This document shows, piece after piece, positions 37,315 to 47,639 of a stretch of 64,000 bases of DNA. The stretch's first letter is position 1. Every line of letters begins with the position of its first letter. Origin of the DNA: Minutocellus sp. GHC0000111. Its lineage: Eukaryota. The stretch is taken from NCBI GenBank assembly GCA_977018835.1, contig OZ361259.1, forward strand, positions 1,054,001-1,118,000. The letters are read 5' to 3'. Both the position numbers and the translations under genes were made by a program. The notes under the pieces were generated by a model. It ran no database searches and was not told the DNA's origin. It saw nothing but the letters and a program-made list of their open reading frames with translations.

Positions 37315-38331
37315 ATGAGGAATCGAGTCAGGAAGTTGCATTTCATGGTCTTCAAGCTTTTTTCTTTGTTAGCTTTGCGGAATGTGACATTTATCATAAG
37401 CTCCAAAGGTACCGGTAAGCTGCAGAAAGTGAAGGATTCTACGAACAAAAAGACGGCCATAGTTTTAATAGGGATTTTCACCCAAGAGCAAAATGAAGAG
37501 AAACACTATCGACGCCAATTCCGTGATGTTTTCAGATATCATCCGTACACCTGCACGCTCCATGAACTGAAGGCACATCGGAAAGCACCTCGAATTGAGA
37601 ATGAATGCAGGCTTGTTTACGCTTTCGTTTTCGGCTCAAAAAGAACCAGATGCTCCTACTGAGATAATTGGTGGAGGAACACAGATCGAAATCACTGAGC
37701 CGCCAGCAAATCTTCTTGATGAAAGCAAGGAAGGCGATTTGGTCTTGCTGAACATTCGTGAAAATATGAATCAAGGAAAAAGTTTTACATGGCTCTACTA
37801 CGCATCAAACTATCTCTCTGGACATCTTGGCATTGATTACATAGGAAAAATGGATACAGACACACTAATTTCAATGAAATCTTATTTTCAATTCCATGAA
37901 AAATTTCTTTTTCCGACCCCCATGAACGCCAACACTCTAGTGGGTCACTTCTTGGATAAAAAAATAATTTGGCGTGTGAATAAGTTGGAGAGAGAGAAGG
38001 AGACGTACTTTAGGACAAGATGGGAAAGTATCCACGTCTCTATTGTGCTGGTGAAGTTTATATTATGTCAGTGGATCTCGCAAATACCACTACCGCCTCG
38101 GCTTGGCTTCATCCCGATCTTCGTCGTTTGCACTCAGAGATGGTCGAAGATCATGACGTTTCAACAATGGCTTTCCTGTCCACCGAAGATTAAAATAATC
38201 CGATGAATCTAATCATGATTGCAAAAGATAAGAAATGGTGGACTCATCCTTTGAAACGGCACAGAAATACTGAGATGTGGTCAAGGCTTTGGAAAGAGGA
38301 AAAGGAGGAAGTTTTTGCATCATTTTTATAA
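37315..38331 (+). CDS. GT31-like galactosyltransferase, frameshifted
   Basis: N-terminal TM; DLVLLNIRENMNQGKSFTW, DYIGKMDTDTL (DxD); later frames give YCAGEVYIMS and EDHDVS. Confidence 0.8.
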
Positions 38332-38989
38332 CGTATCAGAAGATGTCAACATCCAATGGCAGTGGCTAGTTAGTCCTGGGGATGGATCCCTGGTCCCGTA
38401 TCCTCTCTCTCGGTGATGGCCACTTCTTTCTCAGTAGCGAGGAAATCCTGTCGACGTATGTGTGTACGTAGCAGTCTGTAGTACGTAGTAGGTAGTCCTT
38501 GGGGTAGTAAGTTATAATTCTTATGTTTCAAGTCTTTCCAACTGGTCTTACCGGTAGATCTAGTTGTCATCGAGTACGAAGGTCAATTCCCCTAAACGAT
38601 GGTATTTGTTTAGTGATTAGATTTCCACTTTTTTCAAAAGTCGTTTCGCTGCGTTTTTCCCCGAGTTGTTCGTGCCTCCGGGTCCTAGTCAATTTGAGGC
38701 TGATTTAGGTCTGCAGCCAGATCCCAACAAAACACTAGCGTCTTTTGAATCATTTCTCCACGCTTCCTGTAATGACAATCTCTCTGTTGTGCTAAGTAAC
38801 GAAGAATTTGATAGGCCGGAAGTAGATCGAGAACGATTGCTACATTTTTTCCGAGAGAGATGGGATTCGCTCGTAATTGTTGTGACTTAGTGCCTTAAAG
38901 TAGAGGAGGAATTATCATCATCAGCCACACGAGCTAGGCCTACTACACCAGAGCAAACTGCCCGCCGCTTCCAAACTGCAGGTAGAAGA

Positions 38990-40003
38990 ATGAAAGTTCC
39001 CTGGAGTGACCGAAATCAAAGTTTCATTGTGCAAAAGAAAAGAAAGAGGATTAGGAGGGCAACATTTGCTGTTCTTCAGTGTAGGCATATCTTTCTAATA
39101 ATTATTGCCATGACAGTGTCCTTTGGTCCATTGTTCAGTACGTACTTTTATACGAAGCAAAATGCCCATGGTGCAAAACAAGCGTCCATCAGAGTGTTGC
39201 CGTCGTCCAAATTACATGTTTCCAAAGCTACGCAGGATGGCAAAGCTACACATGATAGAAAGATTCACCACGCAGCAATCATAGCAGTCAATCCAGATAG
39301 CAAAGAGAGATTCCTTGCCTTGTGGAGTCAGTTGGAATGTTTTTTCGGTAACAACGACAAGTTTGGCGAAGTGATGATTTCAGCACCGTCGTGGGCAAAG
39401 AGGGAAGGATTAATTGAGCCATTCCTCAAAAATGCCAAGGAAACCCTGCCGCACTTCAAGGATGGGTCCATTTCTTTATCATTGCAGTATTACACGAATG
39501 ATCGCTATGATGTCGGGCTGTGGTGTGATGCTTTGTTGAACGAAGGTGATGAGAACTTGGACGGCATTAAATCGCAGTCCATCTTAGATCGAACTTCAGG
39601 CTCTTTTATTATCATTAATGACTCTATCATGGCAGTAGAAAGAGATTGGACTCAAGTATTGGATGTACTGAATGAAAAACAGTTGAACATGACTTCACTG
39701 AATTATTCTCTTCAGGGAGGTTATTGGTTGGAAAGTGTTTTCCGTGGTTTCAGCAAAAAAGGAATGATGAAATTTACAGAATATGCTTGCAAAGAAAAAA
39801 ACATTTCAGAAAGGTGTCCCATGGCAGGGACAAATATTCATGAATACAAGAGATGTGTTGTGGAGAAGTATGAAATATACATTGGGCAGGAGCTCTTTCA
39901 AAGGCATGAAGTTTGGGGCATTTATCCGTCAGATTCGCCACGAGGAATTTTGGCGAAAGCCAAAAACCTCGACACAAACGCTATTGGAAGATCTACTTGG
40001 TGA
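38990..40003 (+). CDS. Type II membrane protein, possible glycosyltransferase (RgpF/rhamnan-synthesis-like); probably continues after an intron
   Basis: 337-aa ORF with TM; NDRYDVGLW and IIINDSI resemble the N.GYD.G.W / NDS motifs. GTGAGT donor at 40000. Confidence 0.6.
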   Translation: MKVPWSDRNQSFIVQKKRKRIRRATFAVLQCRHIFLIIIAMTVSFGPLFSTYFYTKQNAHGAKQASIRVLPSSKLHVSKATQDGKATHDRKIHHAAIIAVNPDSKERFLALWSQLECFFGNNDKFGEVMISAPSWAKREGLIEPFLKNAKETLPHFKDGSISLSLQYYTNDRYDVGLWCDALLNEGDENLDGIKSQSILDRTSGSFIIINDSIMAVERDWTQVLDVLNEKQLNMTSLNYSLQGGYWLESVFRGFSKKGMMKFTEYACKEKNISERCPMAGTNIHEYKRCVVEKYEIYIGQELFQRHEVWGIYPSDSPRGILAKAKNLDTNAIGRSTW

Positions 40004-41779
40004 GTGATTGTATTCACGAAGGCGGAACAGTTGGAAGTATTTGTCGATGAAAATCTGACCTTGTGTTTGCTTCTACATCCAATTGCTTTTTTGTCCGTTG
40101 TCAAGGGTAATGAATCCAGCATATTACAAATACTTGCGCGAGAAGCTAAAATTTCCTGTCCTGAAAGTAAGTTAATGAAATAAATTGACTTCTTCACCCA
40201 TTTTACCAGCAAACTTTGTTCATACTTAACGATAATGTGTCTGACTTTCAATCTATTTTCTCTGACCAATGAACTACACACCTACATGAAAACAAACAAA
40301 AGGTATCGAATCCATCTTATTTCTTTCCTAAATTTTACTACAACAAAAAATGGAAAGGCATTCTGGGAACATGCACGACACTACTTGATAAAAAACTGCT
40401 GAATCCGATGGGTGAACGAATACACAAGAGCGGTAAGCGAAGTCCAAAATATGAGAAATGGAAGTATTTAGATTTTTTCCAAGAAGAAGATTTCAAGAAT
40501 AGAGATCTCAAGAAGAAATGGAAGAATTGAACGAAGTCTTGCATGTTATAGCGGGTGATCATCCGCATCCACCGGACATGCCCAAAATATCATAGGAGAT
40601 GCTGTTAGCCGGCCAAAGTACTATTGTATCTCATAATGAACATCAAATATGCCCCCACGGAAGCGATCCGTGGAATAGGTTGACGGACATTCGAAGGCAT
40701 CACGAGCAGATTGGAATTCCTCTCAATGAGGTAACCCACATTGCATGACAGCTGACTGTATTGGAATTGCTATGATTTGATGCTACGTGTGCCGCCAATG
40801 TCATAATTAAAAGTCAGCAATAAATAAGTAGGAATCAATGCTTTTTACTGTGGCACCAGTAAATTAAATCAATTAAATAAAATAGTTGAAGGTGCATCTA
40901 TAGATGGCCATTTGTTTCAGTAGCATGGCATGGCATGACACAGCTGATGCATGCTGGTCATCTATTTGTACATGTACTTGAAGCTGCATATTCTTGCCGC
41001 CACTCTCGTCCCCTCGGGCATCGTCTGTGCGTCGTTTATGCTCGCCTCGGGCCCGCGCGCTCTTTCTTCGGCACATGTATGTTTTCGAGGGTGATTTTTG
41101 CTGCTGTTTTGTTGGTGGTGGTTGTCTGTCTTGCTTGGTTATCTTTGCTTTTTTGCTTGTTGGCTTCTGACCGGTACCGGCACATGTAGAGGTCTAGATG
41201 AACATGATCGCGGTGCGTTGGAGAAAGGCGGATGGGCGGAGTTGGGTAAGCAGTGTCTTATTTTAGCACATCATGTTTCCCCAGGTCATTGTCTGTTGGT
41301 CGTGCCGGTGGTTTTGTACCATGCTTCTACGATGGCCCAGCCGATCGATCGACCGCCGCTACCACTGCCGTGGGAGCAGCACCCCCCGAAGCTCTGCCCA
41401 GCCGCGACTTCCTCCCCGCCAGGACGAGGAGGCCGACCCGGTCCTGCCTGTGTCGGCCAAAATGGCCAGCCAAAATGGCGCCCCGAGTCCTTTTTTCTTT
41501 TTTTGAGGTGCGAGGTTGAAATCCCTTGACGATGCGAGGTTGAAATTCCTCCGCGAAACGCAGGTTATGGCTCCGCCCCAACTACGAGGAGATCCCTGCG
41601 TAGCTAACCTTCCGGGCTTTGCACTACGGGCCTCGTCTTCCACGGGCTCTTGTGGATCTTCATGGTCAAATGGAACTGTGGCATCCGACATTCCAGTCGC
41701 AGCATCTTGTTGAGATGATCTAACTCAGCTTTGGCTAGTCCTTCTTTTCTTGCTCGGAATACCAATGACTCTACTTGGT

Positions 41780-42240
41780 ATCAGACCTTCTGTAGATGGT
41801 CGCATGCCTGTTGCTCGGTAAGGCGACGGTGTGTGTTCTCATCTTCGAGATGATCCTTGAGAGCACGATGCATGTGCGTGCTTCTCTCAATAATTGCGGG
41901 ACCGAGATTCTTATCGGTCTCACAGACAATCAGGTTGTCATCCTGGCAGGTTCTTATTTGTCCTCAGCAATCACCGTGACACACCATGTGCCCACACATG
42001 CACTAAATTGGCCCCAGTGCGCAGTGTGTGTGCTGCTTGATGACAACCATGGCAGAGGATCTGTTGATGACATCCTCAACACTATGCATGGCACCAGTGC
42101 AGGGGGGGAATAAAGATGATCTTTTCTCTCCGAACCCTGACCAAGCACTGGGCAGGCAGGGCAATGGTGATGGAAATCTGATCTACTGCCATGATGATAT
42201 CTTGGATCATCGGCGGCACGCAGCATTCTGAATTTCAGTG
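41780..42240 (-). mobile_element. Penelope-like retroelement RT fragment
   Basis: The minus strand reads DDNLIVCETDKNLGPAIIERSTHMHRALKDHLEDENTHRRL, matching the PLE xDKNxG...Y...HLxDxxTY motif with Tyr changed to His. Confidence 0.7.
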
Positions 42241-42339
42241 TAGCAGATAGTGACATTTCTCTCTGTTAGCTTTACCTTGTCATTCCTAGCGCTTGTCCCT
42301 ACTCTCTTGCACTTGGGAAACACCTCTAGATCTACAAAA

Positions 42340-43605
42340 CTAAGCAGTGCTATTCTGCACAAGACTGCTGAACATGCGTGGTTTAACACCTGAATGAAAT
42401 GTGAAGGTTTTGTTGCTTTTGAATGATTTTTGAGACCCTGACAATGCTCCAATGCCTGAATGTGTCCCAACAATCCTGTTTTGTCCGCTCCACCTATATG
42501 CCCTAAGCATGTCTTCAAGAATTTTCATTTTCTCGACAACTCCATCTGTGCTTTCAATCATTTTCCAGCTGAAATTCCTCCCACCTTCACAATTATTGAT
42601 TGATGCTATTGTCTTTCCTCCATTGATGACAATTACGAAGAGAAGAGGACACAATGCAGTTGAGATTTTTCTAGCCTCATCCACACACCTCAAATACATG
42701 CCTTGTCCCGAATTAGCAACCCTATCAACTGCTGTGCACAAGTCAACCGGAGATGGATGGGCACCAAAAGACTGCACTTGGAGACCTGTGGTGTTTCCTG
42801 AATTTGAGGAGAACATCGACACATGAATCCATGATTTGTCTCCGATTGTTTTCTCGACAAACTCAGCAGTGACACTTTTGGAATCAATTTCACCGTTTGC
42901 CACAGCTAACACAACGCCACCAACTACGAGCGGCTTGAATACGATATTTCTGGGGCATGCAAATGGTGTGAATGTAAATTCAGAAAAGAAAATGCCACCA
43001 TCTCCCGCATAAAGATCGATTCGACACCAACCTGAAATGTGAGCTGCCAAATCTCTTACCACCTGCACCTGCTTTTTCCAATAGTTGGGTTCTGTCAATT
43101 CCTGTCGACAATTTGGCCGATTGACTATCATGGGAAGCTTATTGAAGTTCGTTGAAACCCACGCTCGTTCTGCAGTCTCGTAAGGCACTCCACTCTTTGC
43201 TCCAGCATATTGATGACTAGCAAAAAGAGGCACGCCCCCTGCAACATACCAGTGAGTGACGTCACTTCTCATCTGCTCATTGAAAATATCCTTTTCAATT
43301 ATTATCCTTGGCTCGATGAAGCCATACTGAGTTTCGTTATTGCAAAATAGTGAAAAATTCTTCTTCAAATCAGAACGCATCTGTTTTTTGGCAACAGTAA
43401 AGGCTTCTTCCCCGAGAGGCAAAGTCCTTGTGTCATTGCAAACCTTGAAACACGTATATGTGTTGTTTCTCACCCTGGCGACCCCCCCGCAGATGTGCAC
43501 GCCCTTGATAATAAATGGTTGAGGAAAGGATCTCATGAGAGAAAGCGAAAAGTTCGAAATGTTGCTGTGATCATACGTGGCCAAAGTAGGAATAGTGGCA
43601 AGCAT
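42340..43605 (-). CDS. TupA-like ATP-grasp protein (polysaccharide/teichuronopeptide-type ligase)
   Basis: FIIKGVH..G, ETQYGFIEPRIIIE, RIDLY, FFSEFTFTP. The N-terminus may be truncated by the adjacent repeat. Confidence 0.75.
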   Translation of the reverse strand: MLATIPTLATYDHSNISNFSLSLMRSFPQPFIIKGVHICGGVARVRNNTYTCFKVCNDTRTLPLGEEAFTVAKKQMRSDLKKNFSLFCNNETQYGFIEPRIIIEKDIFNEQMRSDVTHWYVAGGVPLFASHQYAGAKSGVPYETAERAWVSTNFNKLPMIVNRPNCRQELTEPNYWKKQVQVVRDLAAHISGWCRIDLYAGDGGIFFSEFTFTPFACPRNIVFKPLVVGGVVLAVANGEIDSKSVTAEFVEKTIGDKSWIHVSMFSSNSGNTTGLQVQSFGAHPSPVDLCTAVDRVANSGQGMYLRCVDEARKISTALCPLLFVIVINGGKTIASINNCEGGRNFSWKMIESTDGVVEKMKILEDMLRAYRWSGQNRIVGTHSGIGALSGSQKSFKSNKTFTFHSGVKPRMFSSLVQNSTA

Positions 43606-44288
43606 CGATGGCGCAGTGTGCTTCTTATTTAGGATTGAGTGGGGCGGGAGGTGAGCGACGAACAGACTGGCAGCCTGAAGATGCTTCTGGGGGTGTCCAT
43701 GTACCTAGGTACTTAGGCTGGGACTTTGTTCGACGGCGAACGAGACGGGACTAGAGGGAGTACTCCTATGATAAAGTAGTGGTTCACAGCAAAATTTCGT
43801 GCGTGCGATTCTCGACTTTGTTCCGAATCGCTCTCAGCTCATGCAAAGCCACCGATTTGACGAAGTCGAGCCGGCCACGCATCTCCGCGGCTGGCTTTGC
43901 TCCCCGCCCCCGCCACGTGCAATGTCTTCGGCATCTTGGATGCCAATGCCTTCGGGAGGCATTGCTGGCACGTGCCTGCAGGATGGCGCAGCAGGCCAGC
44001 AACTGTCGTCTTCGTCGTGACGATCAACAAGACGGACGAATCCGTCATGGAAGCACATCATGCGCTTGCTGTCACAAAGGTCGCAGAGATCTGTCCTTCG
44101 TCAGTTTTAGATTGCATGCACCATTTTAAAAAATGAGAACTGATGTCACTTTCAAGAGACAGATCACAACATGCAAACACAACAAAACCCGTGATGAGCA
44201 CTCACACTTGCATTTTCTAGACGGGAAAATCCATGCAACTAGACAGTTAAAAACTGGTAACACTTTTTTGGGCAGACTCTTTTCAAAC

Positions 44289-44833
44289 ATGTTGAAGCTT
44301 GTCTTGTTGTTTTTGTTCATTGCTGCTGCTTGCGCATCACACACTGAAAATGCCAACTTGGCAATCCCTGAGACAGTGACGTCAATGGGACTGCATCTGC
44401 CATCTCAGCAGGTGAAAGTTTTACCGTGGGCGATGTCAATGTTGCACTGGACATTGAGCACAATTTTGTAGGAGACTTGGTGATTGCCCTTACCCATGCC
44501 GGCGTCACGGTGGTGGTGCTGAAAGAATTCAGCAGCTGCATGGCATTTTGCTTGGACGCAGTTTTTGATGACTCCGCCGCAATGGCTCTGCCTTGCTTTC
44601 CTGACATAAGTGGTGTTTTCCTACCAGCTAACCCCCTTGTTTCATTTTCCGGCGCTGACTCTGTCGGAGATTGGACTCTGAAGGTTTCTGACGACGAGGA
44701 AATCGGGGTCACCGGAACTCTTGTTCAGTGGCAACTCATTCTCTCTGCACAGACACCTGCACATTTGCACAACGCTGATGGCAGTTGCTCCTCTAATTTA
44801 AGAGTTGAGGCTACCCTGCTCGCATGGCGGTAG
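44289..44833 (+). pseudogene. Secreted protein with a proprotein-convertase P-domain, frameshifted
   Basis: Signal peptide MLKLVLLFLFIAAACA; DVNVALDIEHNFVGDLVIAL...FSG....GDWTLKVSD....TGTLVQWQL. Confidence 0.75.
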
Positions 44834-45942
44834 AACGGGGTGATGCTGTAGAGGCGCTGTGGCAGGGTGGGGGGGGGGCGATTTTTGGTGTTGACTAACA
44901 TCTGGTCATTTTCAAAAAACAGCTTCTAGATGTAGAGTTAGGGCTGAAGCACATGCACCATCACGAGTGCATTGGCAGGGACATCGGACACGGATCATGT
45001 GAGGAGGATGGGATGCTTTGGAGCGGGTTCGGAGGTCATTTACGGTCGTTTACGTGTAGATCTAGGCGCTGTTACGGTTTGTAGAGGAACAAGAAATTTC
45101 TTGAATCTCAACGATCGCGGGTCACGATGCCAATGGCGAGCCCAGGATGGCTGCGCTGGAACGAGAATGAAACTGACGAGGTGGGACACCCTCTCTTTGC
45201 CCCCCAAATGGTTAGAGATGCGGCACAACTCGAACAGAGTTGCCCCAGGTAAATTCATGCGCTCTTTCGATTGGTCGTTGCGACAAAGTCTGGAAACGGC
45301 CGGAAAGCGGTCTTTTTGGGGGGGGGGGGGTGTTTTTGCGAAATCGGCAAAGAGTCAATTTTTTTGGGTTGCACCGACAACAGGACTGTTCCTCAAGAAA
45401 ACAATTCATAGTAAAGTTTTTCCAGAATCGCTCTGTCTGCCTTGGTTGCTGGGGCAATTTGCTTTTTCTGTTTTACTAGGCGGTTGTTAGCATCTTTTTT
45501 TCTCGCCGATTTTCTGAAACACAAAGTTTTCTCCAACCTAATATATTTTATGTTCGCTTTCTCCGTGACGTGGCCATTTTTCACGCAGGCGAAGTTAGCG
45601 AAAAAGGGTCATGTTCAAGGCAACTAGTTGCTATCACCAACTCAATTCCATTGGCTCAAAATATATCAGGAGAACCCTCTTAGAGTGCTCTATTGGTTGG
45701 TATGTCGGTGGTTTTCTGAGGTTGAGTGTACGTGATTTTATTCTTAGCACAAGACAGTGAGTTTTATTCTGTTTCCAGCGTAGCCTTTGAAACTAGAGCA
45801 TGTGCAGAATATTTTGGCACTTCATGTAATTGCTTGTGATCTACCCAATGGTACTGTAAAAACCTTGCTTTTCATGGTGTTTTTGAACGAATGACACTTG
45901 TGGAATATTTGGCAGTCTCAAGCTACATTAGCGATAGCCAGG

Positions 45943-46947
45943 ATGGTCAAATCAGAGAAGAAATCCGAGAATCACTATTGCAGTGGTAAAGTTTCGCCTC
46001 TGATCAAATTTCTGTTGCTGGGTTTGTTAGTAGTGAAGCAAACATCTATCGTAATAATTGCTCGTTATTGTCGCACTCGTGCTCCAAATCAAGAGCTCCA
46101 CGACAATGCGAATCTCATACTCCTAACTGAGGCAGCAAAATTTCTAGTTAATGTAATTCTTGAACTATGTGTTGATGGCGGGATGAAGACTTTCTCAAAT
46201 GCATTAAATGATCCTCTTGACACATTAAAAGTTGCCATCCCAGCTGTTTTGTACTTTATACAGAACTTTCTTACTTATGTTGCTTTAGAAAACTTGATAG
46301 CCCCGATCTTCCAGGTGACATATCAAGGTAAACTCCTTTTCGCCGCCATTTTGAGTGTCAACGTCTTGAGACACTACTACACAACCCAGCAGTGGTGCTG
46401 CTTATTTTTCATGTCCATTGGCATTGCTATTGTCTTATTAGGGGAGCATAGCCATGATGATGATGTTAATCAGAACACTGTCTTGGGCCTCACCAGTGTT
46501 GCTATAGCTGGCCTTTGTAGTGCTTCCGCAAGTATTTACTTCGAGATTGTTGTCAAAGAAGAAAATTCGAAAGCAACTCTATTCATGCGCAATATTCAAC
46601 TTTCCTTCTTCTCTTTGATCATTGCGACATCTAGCTGTTTCATCAGACGAAAGAATGCAGAGAAAACATTCTTTCATGGATTTTCTACTTGGGCATGGAT
46701 CTTAGTATTACTCCAAGCATCAGGCGGACTAGCAGTATCACTTGTGCTTAAGTACTTCGACAACGTTGTGAGAGGATTAGCGACAGGCTCTTCGGTGATC
46801 TTATCAGCTTTTTTTAGCATGATATTTTTTGGAACAAGATTCAATTCTTCATTTTGTGTTGGGTCGGTTCTTATTCTTGGTAGTACCTTCTACTTCAGTA
46901 ACCCTTTACCTAGTATTTGTGGTCACCGAAAGGCACATCAATTTTAA
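45943..46947 (+). CDS. Nucleotide-sugar transporter (SLC35A, CMP-Sia/UDP-Gal type)
   Basis: TEAAKF, KVAIPAVLYFIQN.L.YVAL, FQVTYQGKLL, QW, YFE, RNIQL, FFHGF, GGLAVSLVLKYFDNV. Confidence 0.93.
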   Translation: MVKSEKKSENHYCSGKVSPLIKFLLLGLLVVKQTSIVIIARYCRTRAPNQELHDNANLILLTEAAKFLVNVILELCVDGGMKTFSNALNDPLDTLKVAIPAVLYFIQNFLTYVALENLIAPIFQVTYQGKLLFAAILSVNVLRHYYTTQQWCCLFFMSIGIAIVLLGEHSHDDDVNQNTVLGLTSVAIAGLCSASASIYFEIVVKEENSKATLFMRNIQLSFFSLIIATSSCFIRRKNAEKTFFHGFSTWAWILVLLQASGGLAVSLVLKYFDNVVRGLATGSSVILSAFFSMIFFGTRFNSSFCVGSVLILGSTFYFSNPLPSICGHRKAHQF

Positions 46948-47608
46948 TGCTTACATTAGCATTTCTTGCATTTACTTTTTGGTCCCTCTCGATGCATATA
47001 GCAGCAAAAGTAAAGGTGGAAAAACACAAAAATGTGCTGTTATATTTGATGCCGAGACTATTCGAAAGTACAGAGATGAAGCTGTCATTGAATCGTTTGA
47101 AAATTTTAGCGACATGGCTATTACTGACGAATACGTCGGAAACAAGAAAAACATAAGATTTGTCCATTTCAGCAAAAGAATTTCTCCAGATAAGCGATTT
47201 GAAGCACTTAACGAGTCAAAAGTGTGGGGAATTGCTTTGGAGAAATCTGACCATGAACGTGCTACAGGGAGTGGGGAGCGGAATTTGAGAAATAAAACTC
47301 AAGCAGAAGTAACAATGACAGGAAAGCATCTGGAGAATGAATGTAAAAGGGCCGTAGGCTACAAAGGCGGTCCTGGTGCCTTAATTCTTCTTTGGTCATT
47401 AAATCACTGCAGAAACATGACAATTTTTGGTTTGGATGAGGATTCTTGCATTCCTGATACAAAGAGAGTATTTTTCTCTCAAAATTGTTCAAGAGAAATT
47501 GATAATCATGATTGGCCCGGCCCTCATAATTTATTGATGGAGGCTTTTTTTTTTGTCGAAGGACGTGTTAACCAAGGAAACTTGACAATTCATCGTTTGA
47601 CTCTATGA
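46920..47608 (+). CDS. GT29 sialyltransferase-like domain, possibly fused to the transporter
   Basis: KCAVIF...YVGNKK.IRF (sialylmotif L-like), GALILLWSLNHCRNMTIFGL (S-like), HNLLME (VS-like HxxxxE). Confidence 0.65.
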
Positions 47609-47639
47609 TATGGCCAGTGCTTGTCACAAAGACTGAGAT

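Noticed and set aside
45238..45626. Third MITE with GAGTTGCC/GGCAACT ends
   Set aside because: Only a 7-bp match and no target-site duplication.
3218..47608. Endogenous giant virus or bacterial contamination as the source of the glycan genes
   Set aside because: No viral core genes or operon structure; the genes have Golgi-type anchors and are interleaved with eukaryotic TEs. Origin of individual genes stays open.
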